A stretch of 63,375 bases of DNA, the filler included, from Globobulimina sp. (Eukaryota), in assembly GCA_003354225.1 (NCBI GenBank). It is 53 parts of 53 records of this genome, joined end to end, with 100 filler letters (N's around TTAATTAATTAA, not from the genome) between each part and the next. Parts side by side here need not be neighbours in the genome. Positions count along the whole stretch, not along the records: positions 1 to 1,099 come from PIVH01023576.1; positions 1,200 to 2,298 come from PIVH01023577.1; positions 2,399 to 3,497 come from PIVH01023578.1; positions 3,598 to 4,696 come from PIVH01023579.1; positions 4,797 to 5,895 come from PIVH01023580.1; positions 5,996 to 7,094 come from PIVH01023581.1; positions 7,195 to 8,293 come from PIVH01023582.1; positions 8,394 to 9,491 come from PIVH01023583.1; 45 more parts are not named here. One strand, given 5' to 3'. The notes under the pieces were generated by a model. It ran no database searches. It was given only the letters and a program-made list of their open reading frames with translations, and was not told the DNA's origin. Below, one piece after another: positions 1 to 12,643 of this stretch. Both the position numbers and the translations under genes were made by a program. Positions within the stretch are counted from its first letter, which is position 1, and every line of letters begins with the position of its first letter.

Positions 1-40
1 ATTTCGCGCTGTTATGTTCATATATATTATGTAGCAATTA

Positions 41-1099
41 TCACTTATATATATACAGTAAATTACATACAAACGCTCGCGTCATGTTGGTCGCAGCAAC
101 ACTTTGACCCAAATAACTGTCCAACAGCGTGACTCTGATGGACGTAGCACGGAAAAATACCCTTTTCATACACAGCCATATTAAACTGCAGCAACCCACA
201 GTAAATATTAAGCATACCACTGTTCCTAATAACTGTACGCCAAAATGCGCAAATCCACCAAATATCAAACCGGGATGACCTGCAGAATCATTTGCAAATA
301 TTCCCTGCATAATGCATGCATATAAGCCACATCCTAAATGAATGCCAATTACATTCAACGGATCTATGCAATAAAACATATGCATAACATATATAATTAA
401 GTAACAAATTAAATACCATCTAAACCAAATTTCCATCGAACTACATGTCCAACACCGAAACAAATCCATGCGGCAAAAAAACCAATAATTGACGCAGCCC
501 AAATGTCCTATAAGTATAAAATTTTTGTAATGTCAAAATTACAGAGCGATCATGCGACCATTAATATATTTATGTAAGATACCAAAGTATAACAGGAGGC
601 TGTGACCGATACCAAACCTGCCAACATCGCAGAGAGTGAATTCTCAATTCTTAAATCAATGCGTCTCCGCAACATTAAACTGTAAACAATTCAAGAAATA
701 TATTAAACTTCAATGAAAAACGAGTAAATTACTTACATCATTGCAGAGAAAGTCGACGCAGTGGCTCCCATCATAGTGACTAAACCGACAGTATCCAGAA
801 TCTCCGGTGTTACCACATCGTGTTGTACAGCAGAAGCAATATTAAATGCTAAATCGCACAAACATGAATATTCAGCAGTATTTATTCCAAATATAAGAAA
901 CATACCGAACCAGCCATACCATCTGCATATACATGTATGTATTATATGATATTTCCATCAATTTAAGAACGAAAAGAATTACATACAAAATAAACGCGCC
1001 GATGGTTACGATAATTGGCGAAAAGGCATCTGGCACTTTCTTTAATTGTCCATTGGCGCCAATCGACTCATTTCTTGGACCCACGTTGTAAATAGCAAT
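41..1099 (-). CDS. amt: Ammonium transporter (Amt/MEP), partial, multi-exon
   Basis: Spliced reading gives GPR...GAFIL|WYGWF|AFN (Amt LWxGWFxFN) and IGIHLGCG...GIFA...GLIFGG...QLLG; GT-AG introns; 17-nt exon at 906-922. Confidence 0.85.
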
Positions 1100-1199
1100 N
1101 NNNNNNNNNNNNNNNNNNNNNNNNNNNNNNNNNNNNNNNNNNNTTAATTAATTAANNNNNNNNNNNNNNNNNNNNNNNNNNNNNNNNNNNNNNNNNNNN
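1100..1199. other. Artificial contig-joining spacer (first of 52)
   Basis: N44-TTAATTAATTAA-N44 recurs about every 1.2 kb; the 12-mer has stops in all six frames. Confidence 0.99.
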
Positions 1200-1214
1200 C
1201 AACATATCCTGACA

Positions 1215-1852
1215 TCAGAGATTATTCAATATGTACTCTCGCTTTTTACCAGGTCGCATATTCTTGGTATCTACACATTTAGACAAATTCTTGATCTTAT
1301 ATCCCGAGGACAGTTCCGCATTTTGCCATTCCTCACTCAATTTCTTGTATGAATCAGTCACTTTGACAGTGTTACCGATCGCAACCCCGTCATCCTCCAC
1401 GGTTTCAAAATATTTCACAAATTTCTGCCGACCCAAATATATCTCAGTGCAATCCTTCCCTGCTCGATCCTGCACCGATATTAATTCTGATGCAAAGTCG
1501 ACAGTTAATTTATCGAAATTTTTAATATTTCGTTTCCGCGCACAGCCGTTGCGGTCTGATTTTTCGTCAAAATCCTTTGTATTTTCATGATTCATACCAA
1601 TTTCAGGTATTTTAAAATTAAATTTGATTTTGACAGATTCGATATTTGGTGGCTTTGATTTCAAATTACAAAACACAGTTATTTTCCCTGTCTTTGCTGT
1701 GGTGTACCCATTGGGATAAATATCCAAAAACCATTGCATTCCATGCATAGAAAATACATCACTCTCAAACCCTTGGCTAGGTTTAGCAGATTTCATTTTG
1801 TTCATCAATGTATCTGATATTTTCCATAAATATTCGCCGTGGACCAATCCCT
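1215..1852 (-). CDS. MATH/TRAF domain protein exon
   Basis: YLWKI...FESDVFSMHGMQWFLDIYPNG...VFCNL is a MATH signature; preceded by a T-rich AG acceptor. Confidence 0.8.
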
Positions 1853-1884
1853 TTTAAATAAAAACAAAAACACCCTTTAATATA

Positions 1885-2160
1885 AACCGCAAGAAGCGGC
1901 CGCCATTGTTTTGGGAGAACCAGGACGGTGGACGGTCGTTGAAGTCGCAGAATAGAATCCGGAAAGTATTGGGCATGCCATTGGAAAGGGGCCAGGAGCA
2001 GAATTACGACGCAACAGACATTCAACGGTACGGCTTGGGCACACAGAGGGATTTTAGCAAATATTTGTCGGTGTTTGGCATCAATTTGGAGACAAACGAG
2101 ATTTATAATCACTGCGCGGAAGCATTTGCGGTGAATAAGAGGGGGATATTTAATAATCAT
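1885..2160 (+). CDS. C-terminal fragment of a Gnt1-like GlcNAc transferase
   Basis: RKKRPPLFWE...RYGLGTQRDFSKYLSVFGINL resembles the YGLGxxR C-terminus of this family; upstream part missing. Confidence 0.5.
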
Positions 2161-2683
2161 TCGCATATTCGCATGCAACGACAAATATATATACAAACTT
2201 TTGAATTTGTTTCTGCATTTTCCGGAGCATCGCCAATCAAAATAAATGTATTATTGCCACCCACTTCAATCTGTAATATACTGCGAGGATCGTTATCTNN
2301 NNNNNNNNNNNNNNNNNNNNNNNNNNNNNNNNNNNNNNNNNNTTAATTAATTAANNNNNNNNNNNNNNNNNNNNNNNNNNNNNNNNNNNNNNNNNNNNAT
2401 ATATAATATACCTTCTGTTGGATAAAAGCCTCCAGTCGCTCTATCAATAAAACCTACTTTTCTCATAAGAGTTGCTTTAGGCCATGTCGTGCATGTTATT
2501 GTCTCATCCTTTATTACCTTTATTACACCAAACATTCGTAAACGATTCATGTTATCAAAGGGTTATTTTTAATTGAATAATCTATCGATATACCACTTTC
2601 TAAATGCTGGGATGGCGAGTCTGTTGAATCAATTTTTTTGTGAAAAAAACCCAAAAAATCTTCACTAGCTGGACTGAGGTTGC

Positions 2684-3497
2684 ATGACATTTACGTTTGC
2701 TAAGAAACAGCAAAAATCCACGTACAAACATGTATTGGTGTTTGTAAAGCCTAAATTTAGCAGAGATAAAGGCCTGATTAGATTATGTAGAAATGATCCT
2801 AAACATCGGTTTAAATTCAAGACAATCCAATCCGTTGATCATTATATAAACACAGAACAATATGAATATGAAAAGAAAAAAGATAAAACAGATAAAAAAC
2901 AAAGCATCTATCATGGAATTATACCAATAATGTATTTGTCAGAATGGAAATCATCAACAAAAGAATATAGAAAGTTGTTTCGTCAAAGTTTATGTCGCGG
3001 CTTCCCGCGATTACAAATAATTTCACATAAAGGCAATTTAGCAAACTTATTGAATAAATATTTCATAATAAACGCTAAAGACAAAATGATTAAAAATGAA
3101 TTATTTTATCCTCGGACATGGGTACTACCAACAGATATTAATAAATTTATAACCAGCAACAAGAGCTTTTGTGATCCTTCAAATTTCACCGAAAATGAAG
3201 AAAATGAAAATGTAAAATTCATCATAAAACCGCAAGGAAAATCCAAAGGGAATGGAATCTCATTAGTTACAAAGAAATCAGACATAAATTTTGAAGAATT
3301 TGTAATTATCCAAACCTATATCACCAATCCATTATTAATAAATAATCACAAATTTGATTTACGATTATATGTATTCATTGCATCTATAAATCCATTGCAA
3401 ATATACCTTTACGACAAAGGATTGGTTCGATTTGCATCGAGTGAATATTCGCAAACAATTCCGGTAAGAAACACATTTGAGCAACGATCCACTGATC
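2684..3497 (+). CDS. Tubulin-tyrosine ligase-like (TTLL) protein, partial
   Basis: FYPRTWVLP, FIIKPQGKSKGNGI, QTYITNPLLINNHKFDLRLYV, GLVRFASSEY. Confidence 0.93.
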
Positions 3498-3931
3498 NNN
3501 NNNNNNNNNNNNNNNNNNNNNNNNNNNNNNNNNNNNNNNNNTTAATTAATTAANNNNNNNNNNNNNNNNNNNNNNNNNNNNNNNNNNNNNNNNNNNNGTC
3601 GTAGATACTTTTAGACGAAATTCATGAATGAGATTCATATTTAGGATCGCCAATCTAAAAGACAAGTGTAGACATTGGAGACATGAAATGTAACGGTCTC
3701 GAAAATCACTTAGTTGAGCATGAGCAAAATCAAGGTCAAATAGGAAAACTCTTATCTACACTAAAACAACAATGATATATACCACTTCATCTTCAACGCA
3801 CAGGTCTAATAAATCATGCCCAACAATAATTCGATTATTTGCCATAGGTTAAGTTTAAATTTGTTCTAAATCCATAAACAAAAACGACATGACATAATGT
3901 ATATACTACATAAGGTGTTGTTGGTGGCAAT

Positions 3932-4696
3932 ATGTTCTTTTTACTATATTACATGCTGGATTTGCCCCCAATCATTTCACCAGAGCTCCCACACATTCCT
4001 TCAAATGCATTATACATTATACGCGATCCCATCCTGGATATACCAGACCTGAACCAATTGCAACCTTCACACAAAAACAACACCACAATAACTCTTCAAA
4101 ATAGATTCATCCGACGACCACCTTCAAAAAACTGTACTTTACCACCAGGATTTCCTGAGGGTGCACCTGGCTGGAAACGTTTGATCCGAGTTTGTAACAA
4201 CTTGGACAAGTTCAGTGTTCCCTGCCTGGCCAACCAAACTTGCATCGAATGCATCCCACCGTGGGGTCATACATTGGCGCCATGGATCACAGAATTCACT
4301 ACAAAATTCATCAAAGGCGAATATGAAACGCGCACACAGCGCAGAGCTGAGTTACAAAACATAGTTACAAATAATCTGCACCTGGAACATGATGAGTCTT
4401 CTATATTATTAATAACATTAAACAGTGGTTACATTTATATGTTTTCCAATTGGTTGTGTGGCTTACATTTGTTAGGCATTGCAGAAAATATCCGCTCCAC
4501 TACAATTATTATAGCAACTGATGAGAAAACAGAAAAGTTTGCGCAAACTGCGGGCTTTCAGTCTGTTCGCGGCGACTGGTTTGATGTTAAAATTGATGAA
4601 GCTGCCGCCAAATCTTTTGCTTTGGGCGCTCATCGATGGGCGGTTAGTTTGCAGATTGTGTATGCTTCGGATTTGATACATTTGGGTTACAATGTA
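3932..4696 (+). CDS. Nucleotide-diphospho-sugar transferase (GT77-like), partial
   Basis: ITLNSGYIYMFSNWLC...IIIATD...LIHLGYNV, truncated just before the expected DxD. Confidence 0.7.
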
Positions 4697-4796
4697 NNNN
4701 NNNNNNNNNNNNNNNNNNNNNNNNNNNNNNNNNNNNNNNNTTAATTAATTAANNNNNNNNNNNNNNNNNNNNNNNNNNNNNNNNNNNNNNNNNNNN

Positions 4797-5895
4797 TACA
4801 GATACAAAATACGATTCCTTTTGTATTTATGGTGGTGTCGGTGGTGATCAATTTGATTTATTAGTTGGTATTTATGAGCCTGACTCCTGTGTAGAATTAA
4901 TGAATTCATACAACCACACCCAATATGATGATTATTATACAGATGATTTAGCTCATGGCGGCAATCTAACTCTGCACTATTATTGTTATGGTAATTCCTG
5001 GCGTATTGATGTGGATTATGATAGGAATGTAACCTTTGCGGTATGTGACGAGATTGATGATCTTATGGAGTGCTCAGGAAATTGGACAATTTATGATCCA
5101 GTGGCTGGAGCAAACAATGTGGAACAAAGCATTCAAAGTGGTTCTTGTGATATTATTTATCAACAATGTTTGGACGACGTAGATGAGGAATATTTATGTA
5201 TTACAGAAGCGGATAATGATGCGTCGGTATTAGAGAATGATAATTATTATACATACATTGCCGGGGAATTTAAATATTTAGAATGTGACGACGAAGGATT
5301 TCCAATTTATGTGCGACATCGCGATAATAATGGTAATTATTTAAATGAAGAATGGTATAATTCTTCTATGATTTCATTTGATTCAAGTGCAAATATTTTC
5401 AGTTTGCATAAATATAATAAAACACTCACAGCCTCACAGGATGGTCATTGGTTATATTGCCGTGCTTTATTAGTTGAATTATGCGACACTTTTATGCATA
5501 TATACGATGTTTCTAGTGATGAATGGGTAGTTTCACCGTCGATAAGACTCAGTAAACAGAGATGCAATTATGGCGGTGAGGAAGCTTCATTTTTAGATAC
5601 AATTACACAAAATTGGATATATTTTGTGATTGGATTGGGCCTACTTTTGTTGTGTTGTATTTGCGCTTTATATTTTATATGCAGACCACAAAAGGACCCA
5701 ATCTCAGTTAAATATGACAATGTACGGCCGTCCAACCCACCAATACCAAAAGAACAATATGGAGCAAATAATAATTACAATAATTATAATTATAATCGGA
5801 GGAGCCATAATGCCAATGTAGTTAAACCAGCACAGACATCTACTTATACTGAAATAGTTCGTCCTGTTGCAACACCTCAATACCCAACAAAACAA
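4797..5895 (+). CDS. Single-pass membrane protein with Cys/Asp-rich ectodomain, partial
   Basis: Long ORF; TM segment WIYFVIGLGLLLLCCICALYFIC followed by a polar tail. Confidence 0.65.
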
Positions 5896-5995
5896 NNNNN
5901 NNNNNNNNNNNNNNNNNNNNNNNNNNNNNNNNNNNNNNNTTAATTAATTAANNNNNNNNNNNNNNNNNNNNNNNNNNNNNNNNNNNNNNNNNNNN

Positions 5996-6702
5996 TATTT
6001 CTGATTGCGATCCAGTTCGAATTTGTTTTTCTCTTTTAACATTTGTTGGAAACGTTTCTCTAAATTTTGTATTTCAGTTTCAAAGTTCTGTCGGGTTTCT
6101 GATAAAATGAGATCTGTTGCATGTTTATTTATTTCCGATGTTTTAATTAATTGTAGGTATTTTGCGTGCATTCTGTCATAATCTTCTTTCAATTCGTCAT
6201 GTAATCTTTTACTGTTTTCCTCATTTGTTTGTGCTTCGATTATTTTATCCTCTGACTATAGTTATATGTAAATGTTATATCAATATGTATGCACTGATCA
6301 CAACAACAAGAAAACATTCGAACGATCGATTTGTTGGAATTATTGGCTCTTTTCATAAAAACGTTACCTAAAGATAACGTTTTTACGAAAAGAGGCAATT
6401 TAAGTACACACATTCGAATCGAAAGAACGCATCAAATAAAAGAGTCATTGTGATAGCTTCTGATACTTAACTGATTCTAATTGAATTTGAAGCTGTTCTT
6501 GATGTTGTTGTAGATTGATGCATTGAGGACATGCATTGTATAAAGAGAGAGAGGGAGAGTCTTCTAGTTGAGGTTGAGGAGAGTCTTCATCAATATCATC
6601 ATCTGTTGACTCCGTAACAGAATTTATAGGCGTAAAATGCTTTGTTGATGGCGATGGCGGTGTTGATTGAAAAGACTGAAAACACCAACAAAAGGCATCC
6701 AT
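5996..6702 (-). CDS. Coiled-coil protein, probably spliced, partial
   Basis: ORF from MDAFCWCF; Q/E/K heptad segments at 6445-6560 and 5996-6192. Confidence 0.45.
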
Positions 6703-6772
6703 TGCTGTGAGTCTGTGACTGTCTTCAAAAAGTAAAAAACTTAAAAAAGAAAAAAATACCACACACTCCACC

Positions 6773-7094
6773 ATGGCAGCATTATATTTATTATTGTTCA
6801 TTCTATGCACCAATATTAGTACAATGTGTGGATGGTCTCCAATCCAAAGAACACTAATCCCACTCAATCCGCTCAATAACGCAGATTCATTATTTCAACT
6901 TTCCGATTCCTTTGCAATTAATGTCTTAAACTACGGGGCAAACGGTAATGATTCATCCTTTGATAACACAGAACCGTTTCAAAAAGCATTAAATGCATCC
7001 TTTGCAATGGGTGGAACATTGGTATATGTCCCGTCAGGTCATTACTATTTTAATGGCATTATTACAATTCCAGCGGGAGTGTCTTTGCTAGGAA
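6773..7094 (+). CDS. Secreted pectate-lyase-3/GH28-like beta-helix protein, N-terminus
   Basis: Signal peptide, then INVLNYGANGND...DNTEPFQKAL...GGTLVYVPSGHY. Confidence 0.85.
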
Positions 7095-8483
7095 NNNNNN
7101 NNNNNNNNNNNNNNNNNNNNNNNNNNNNNNNNNNNNNNTTAATTAATTAANNNNNNNNNNNNNNNNNNNNNNNNNNNNNNNNNNNNNNNNNNNNTTCACC
7201 AGAAATTGAAGTTATGGATGAGTAGATGGCTACGACTTGATTTGCAGTTTAATATGTTGTTGTCTATCACTCTGTAATTAATATTGATTCGTAATTTTTG
7301 ATTTGAATGATGCTTTATTTTACTATTTCTTGATCTGGAGCTGTTTAGTGGCTTTATTCTCTTGCCTCATAACTCATTTTGCATTTTGTTGTTTTTGTTG
7401 TTTTCTTTAAATTTTTTTGTAGTGTAATGGTGTCGGCTTTTACTGTGCCTTGGAACAGTGACTTGTTGTGAGTGTTTCTCTGTGTATTATTATGATACTG
7501 TTTATTCTGTTTCGAGTATATTTGCTTATTGACATGGTTACACCCCCACAGACGCAGGGAACTTTTGTCAGAAACATGATACAGTACACGGGTGAACCCC
7601 ACACTTATGCACATTTTTCCTTGTTTAGCGGATGTTTAGATAGTTTTGGAGTTTGGTGGTTCTATAAGTCCAAGCTGGTGATTCTGTCTAATGGTCTTCC
7701 TCTGTCCAGCGTTAGATGGTTGGTTGGGTGTAGTTGGTCATGAGGCCCATGCAATCGTAGCGAAAATAACAGGAAAAATCGTAGGTTTTGTGGCTGGAAC
7801 CCTATGTTTGCTTAGTATTTTCTTGTTTGTTGCATTTCATTATATTTTGTTTCTTTTAGTTTTCACCATTTACAAGACACTTAACTTTCTTTTTTTGTTT
7901 CTTTCTATTCATCATTTACGGGTACCGTACCCTTTGCTAAAATTTTCGTGCTAAAACTTTGCTAAATTTGTTTGTTTGGCCGTCTATAGCTACGTGTGGT
8001 ATCGCAACTGGACAGTATTCGATCCCTGTTGAATACATTGTGCTAGCCCCACGATGTGTACAATTGGTGTGCCGACGAAGTCTTGTCACTCCCTATAGTC
8101 ACTTGTTTCCTGTGACAACTGAATGATCGGTTTGTTTTGTAGTGTATTTTCGGTAACATTTTTTTCTTTATTACATAATATACAACGAACATCATATACA
8201 TCAGTAAACAATAGGACAATGGTTATTTTAAGTTACAATTTTCATAGTATCCCAACTGGTATTGCCTTCACATCACATGTCCCCCATTAGAGTNNNNNNN
8301 NNNNNNNNNNNNNNNNNNNNNNNNNNNNNNNNNNNNNTTAATTAATTAANNNNNNNNNNNNNNNNNNNNNNNNNNNNNNNNNNNNNNNNNNNNATTTATA
8401 TTATACCTATCTATCTTGCTATATTGAATTGTTTTAAAATGTTTATAAAGTTTTTATTAGTAGTGTTATTAGTCACAGTCTGT

Positions 8484-8710
8484 ATATACCTACCAAACAC
8501 ATTTTAGAAAAGACAATAATTTTTCACTCCTCTCGACTTTTTGAAACTTATTTTGTGCTCCAGTATAGTTATGCTATATTTTACAAAAAAACGTAGTGGC
8601 CCGTTAGACATATTTACCAAACAAATTTTTAGAAAAGAAAATAACTTTTCAGTCCTATCGACTTTTTGCAATTTATTTTGTGTTCTGGTATAGGTATACT
8701 ATTTGCCAAG
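8484..8710. repeat. Degenerate tandem duplication (about 100-nt unit, period about 125)
   Basis: TACCAAACA..TTTTAGAAAAGA.AATAA.TTTTCA.TCCT.TCGACTTTTTG...TTATTTTGTG occurs twice. Confidence 0.8.
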
Positions 8711-8730
8711 ACAATATTTTATTGATGCAC

Positions 8731-8770
8731 ACATACATACTTACATACATACATACATACATACACACAT
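8731..8770. repeat. (CATA)n microsatellite
   Basis: acatacatacttacatacatacatacatacatac, directly 3' of the polymerase stop. Confidence 0.85.
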
Positions 8771-8785
8771 AGCACATCAAAGTGA

Positions 8786-9491
8786 TCACATATTATCACT
8801 CTTATCACATTCTTCTTCTTCTACTTCGAATGCATCCTCCCGATATAACAATGGCTCAGTGCGTAAACCATAGCATCGACGTTTTGCATAAAAAGTTGTT
8901 AATGCAGATCGCTTCAGTTCATAACGAAGCATAGTTTGTTCTCGCATCATAAATCCGCGATTTACTCCAGAAATTACTTCACCCTTCATAAGAGAACGAA
9001 AATAATCTTCTTTCGTAAACGCGTTGTTCTTTTTCTGTAATCCCTTCTGTGAATTTTTACTGTTGGTAGGCCCAAGTTTCGGGTCATCATTCCAAGCAAC
9101 ATAACATTTTGGAGCCAAACTAAAACTCAAACAAGTAAATTCATTTCACTGAATCAAAGACAATCAAAATTACCATATCATTCCTGTGCCCGCATATTCT
9201 AATTTCATTCGACCAGGCATATTGGAAACATTCCTGGGTATCATGTACAAGTCTCTTTTTTCTTCAAACTCAGATCTTCGCTCTGGTATTACAAGTGATT
9301 CAAATTCGTCAAGTGTCTCCTTGGAACATGCGAAATACTAAAACAAGTGATGGATACACAATATAATCAATTAAACAGATAGTTACATACCATACTGTCT
9401 GTATCCATCTCCATAAGTTCCCAATCTGATCTCTCAAAGAAGTAATCAAGATATTCGTAATAGGCCTTAAGCATGGTTAGTTTGGCCATTC
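8786..9491 (-). CDS. Polinton/adintovirus-type DNA polymerase B, C-terminal part, with two spliceosomal introns
   Basis: Exons 9491-9391, 9337-9174, 9119-8786 join in frame: AKLTMLKAYYEYLDYFFERSDWELMEMDTDSM|YFACS...PGRMKLEYAGTGMIC|LAPKCY...KNSQKG...GVNRGF...FYAKRRC. Confidence 0.85.
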
Positions 9492-9591
9492 NNNNNNNNN
9501 NNNNNNNNNNNNNNNNNNNNNNNNNNNNNNNNNNNTTAATTAATTAANNNNNNNNNNNNNNNNNNNNNNNNNNNNNNNNNNNNNNNNNNNN

Positions 9592-9831
9592 TGCATTGGC
9601 TTCATTATATTGTGTGTGTAAGAGTTGCATGTTTGATTTCAATTGTTTTATTAAGTTGTTATCATTTGCTGCAGAGTCAAACAGGATAATGTCTCGAATA
9701 TTAATATATTTTTGTTGCTGCAGTTTGACGTCGTCGATTGTGGATCGTAGGTGAAAATGGAGGAATAGAATTATAAGTAACACAAACAACGCTAATATCA
9801 ATAGGTAATTACTTTTGTTGCGAGTAGACAT
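9592..9831 (-). CDS. Type II membrane protein N-terminus
   Basis: Basic N-terminus, single TM LLILALFVLLIILFL, then a coiled stem. Confidence 0.5.
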
Positions 9832-9896
9832 GTTCACACTGTCTGCTACTGCTCAAACAAATTTTGATAATATTACTACAAATATATAGTGTGACA

Positions 9897-10689
9897 ATGA
9901 CACAATCAGCTACACCAATTTTCGCAAAGCCGCCACAAAGCGATGCGGAATTCAAATTGCATATTGCAATTGATTTTGGAACAGACGGATTGGGTATGAA
10001 AAAAATTCAGATATGATGAGAGTATGTCGGGATTCGTGACTGATTTTTTATGAAAACATGTGACACCCTCGGTGTGTCTTAACTGTCTTTATCGATGAAT
10101 ATTTATCCAAATGAAGCAGGAACAACGCCAAAAAAATCCACATATACGTTCTAAGCATATTCATTACAATGTTTATTTGTAGTAATATTAGCTACTATGC
10201 CTCAAAAATGGCTGTTTCAATACAGAAATTGGTAACGAATCCCGACAATGCTGTGATTATACTTTTTTTTATACGTTCCGTTATTGTATTGATAGAGTTT
10301 TATAAAGTCATGAACTATGAAAAATTGTGCATACAATATAGGTCTGGCATATGCTATTGACGATAAAGTATTTGTTCACAGTAAATGGAATTCTGAGAAA
10401 TATAGAGATGTTATAAAACCGAAAACAATCATCTTATTGGATAAAGAGGGAAATGTTGATGCATTTGGTTTAGATGCAAAGGAAATGTTTAGTATATGAT
10501 TTTGTTTTGTACGTTATCAACAAATTTAATATAATATTGTTTCTCAGATATATGAAATTGAAATCAAAAAAAGATCATATGCTATTTGAGAGATTTAAAA
10601 TGATGTTATATGGTTTCGTTCTTTTCATATTTTTTAACATCAATTAATGATAATATCTAAATATATAAAATAGATGGACACATACAAAA
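9897..10689 (+). CDS. HSPA12-like Hsp70-superfamily protein, N-terminus, multi-exon
   Basis: IAIDFGTDGL|GLAYA...KPKTIILLD...AFGLDAKEM|Y...LFERFKMMLY joined across GT-AG introns. Confidence 0.8.
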
Positions 10690-10789
10690 NNNNNNNNNNN
10701 NNNNNNNNNNNNNNNNNNNNNNNNNNNNNNNNNTTAATTAATTAANNNNNNNNNNNNNNNNNNNNNNNNNNNNNNNNNNNNNNNNNNNN

Positions 10790-11887
10790 TTATTTTTGCT
10801 ACAACATCCATACCCTGTCACTCTGTATGTCCCTGTATACTTGCCACTAGCTCAATTGGTAGTACCCACACAATTCCTTCATACATTTGAAACTTCTTGC
10901 AACAAAGGCACTGATACCCCCACAAATATACCATCCATGCCACCAACGTATAATCCATCATCATCCCCTACAAATATCCCATCCATAGCACCGACGCGTG
11001 ATCCAATTGTAAACGCAGGCACATCTTTTCCGAGCCGGCTACCATCGGTAGCACCATCCATAGATTGTGCTGTATTGAAAATAAATATTCCGCATGATTT
11101 GATAATTAATAATAATCCAAATTGTGATATTGATTTGGAGAAAGTGTTTAGTTGGTATTGGCTGAAACAGGTATCCCGCTCACATCGGCCTTCATGGACT
11201 CTGGATTGCGATGATGGGAATGAGCGGTATACCCAAGCATGTCGAGAGGGTTACAGTGGTTCTGTATTTTTTATAGCGTCTCAATGGGAGATACAAGTGC
11301 ATAGCAAAAGAGATGATTGTTTTGAAAGGTTTATTGTGGAGAATACTGCTGCTTTTTTTCTACCGGCGGATGGAAATTGGATTGATGAGGCAACTATGAA
11401 TGCATATTCATTTACTATTCTATGTCTGGATAAAATAGAGATTACGCCACAGGTTACGGGCGAGACCTTTGTGAAGAAGAATGTGGTGTATATTTATGAT
11501 GAGTTATGGTTTTGGATTGCATTGATATTAATATTATTGATATGTTGCTTATTATGTTTTGCCGCATATTATTGGAAGAAAGCAAAAAAACCAGTGGTGG
11601 TCTATCAAGCCGCAGCAATGAAATCAGTATCAAATAGTATGCAGCAGTTAGAATTGCAGGATGTGCCAAAACAGGCATATATTGATGAGAATGTGGTGCC
11701 GGAACATGTACAAGTAATGCGACCTATAAATGATAATGATGGGGATGAGGAGGATGAGGATGATTTGAAAAGTAATTCAGTGTATGATGGAGTACAAAAT
11801 ACAGATACAATTACCACTATTGGTTCGACGTTAAGTGATCCGAATATCAATCCAAATTTAAAGAAGAATGTAAATGTCACTGCTATG
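10790..11887 (+). CDS. Single-pass membrane protein with P-T/S stalk repeats, partial
   Basis: TPTNIPSMPPTYNPSSSPTNIPSIAPT repeats; TM WFWIALILILLICCLLCFAAYYW followed by KKAKK. Confidence 0.7.
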
Positions 11888-12643
11888 NNNNNNNNNNNNN
11901 NNNNNNNNNNNNNNNNNNNNNNNNNNNNNNNTTAATTAATTAANNNNNNNNNNNNNNNNNNNNNNNNNNNNNNNNNNNNNNNNNNNNATAATCCTATATA
12001 AGCCTATCTGAAAGAGCAATTCATTTACTATATGTTACATAAAAAAATCTTACAAATTGAACACATAATAATGAAAAAAATGTGCGCCGAAAAAAAATCA
12101 ATTTTTCTAAAAAAATTCTATATGAAAAATTCGGCCATAAATTGAGCAAGTAACAGCACAGGATGCCAGTACCTACTGAATGTTTAGTAAGGATTAAGGA
12201 AGGTTACCAGAAAACCCTATTTTCCCATTTTTACTAATAATTTTTAATTTGAAAAGTGACATAAAACTGTTTCATTAGCCTAACAATTTTACTTTTGGAA
12301 AGTCTACGTGGCTCATTCTCTATCATGGCTTGCGCGACAGCGCAAGGCCATAATATGGTTAAGATCGGCCAATGCACATTTTTCGTGATTATTTCTTTTC
12401 TCTTGAACATGCTAAGCGTTGAGATGAAATGATATGTTGTTGTAGTTATTGGTCATGGCCCATTACCTAAGCATACCAAGTTTCATCGCGATCGAAGCAT
12501 TCGTTCGAAAGTTAGATTCAATAAAGACTCCTTGAAATTTTCATCTACTTGTTTCCTCCGATCGAGATCACATGTTTCTAGTGGTCGGACGGCTCTGAAA
12601 GTTAGTCCTACCCTAGGGTTTTCGGGTATAACTAAGGGAACCA

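Noticed and set aside
7977-8040. tRNA/SINE-like A- and B-box resemblance (TAGCTACGTGTGG...TTCGATCC)
   Set aside because: Spacing is too short and I could not build a cloverleaf; this contig (7195-8293) remains unexplained.
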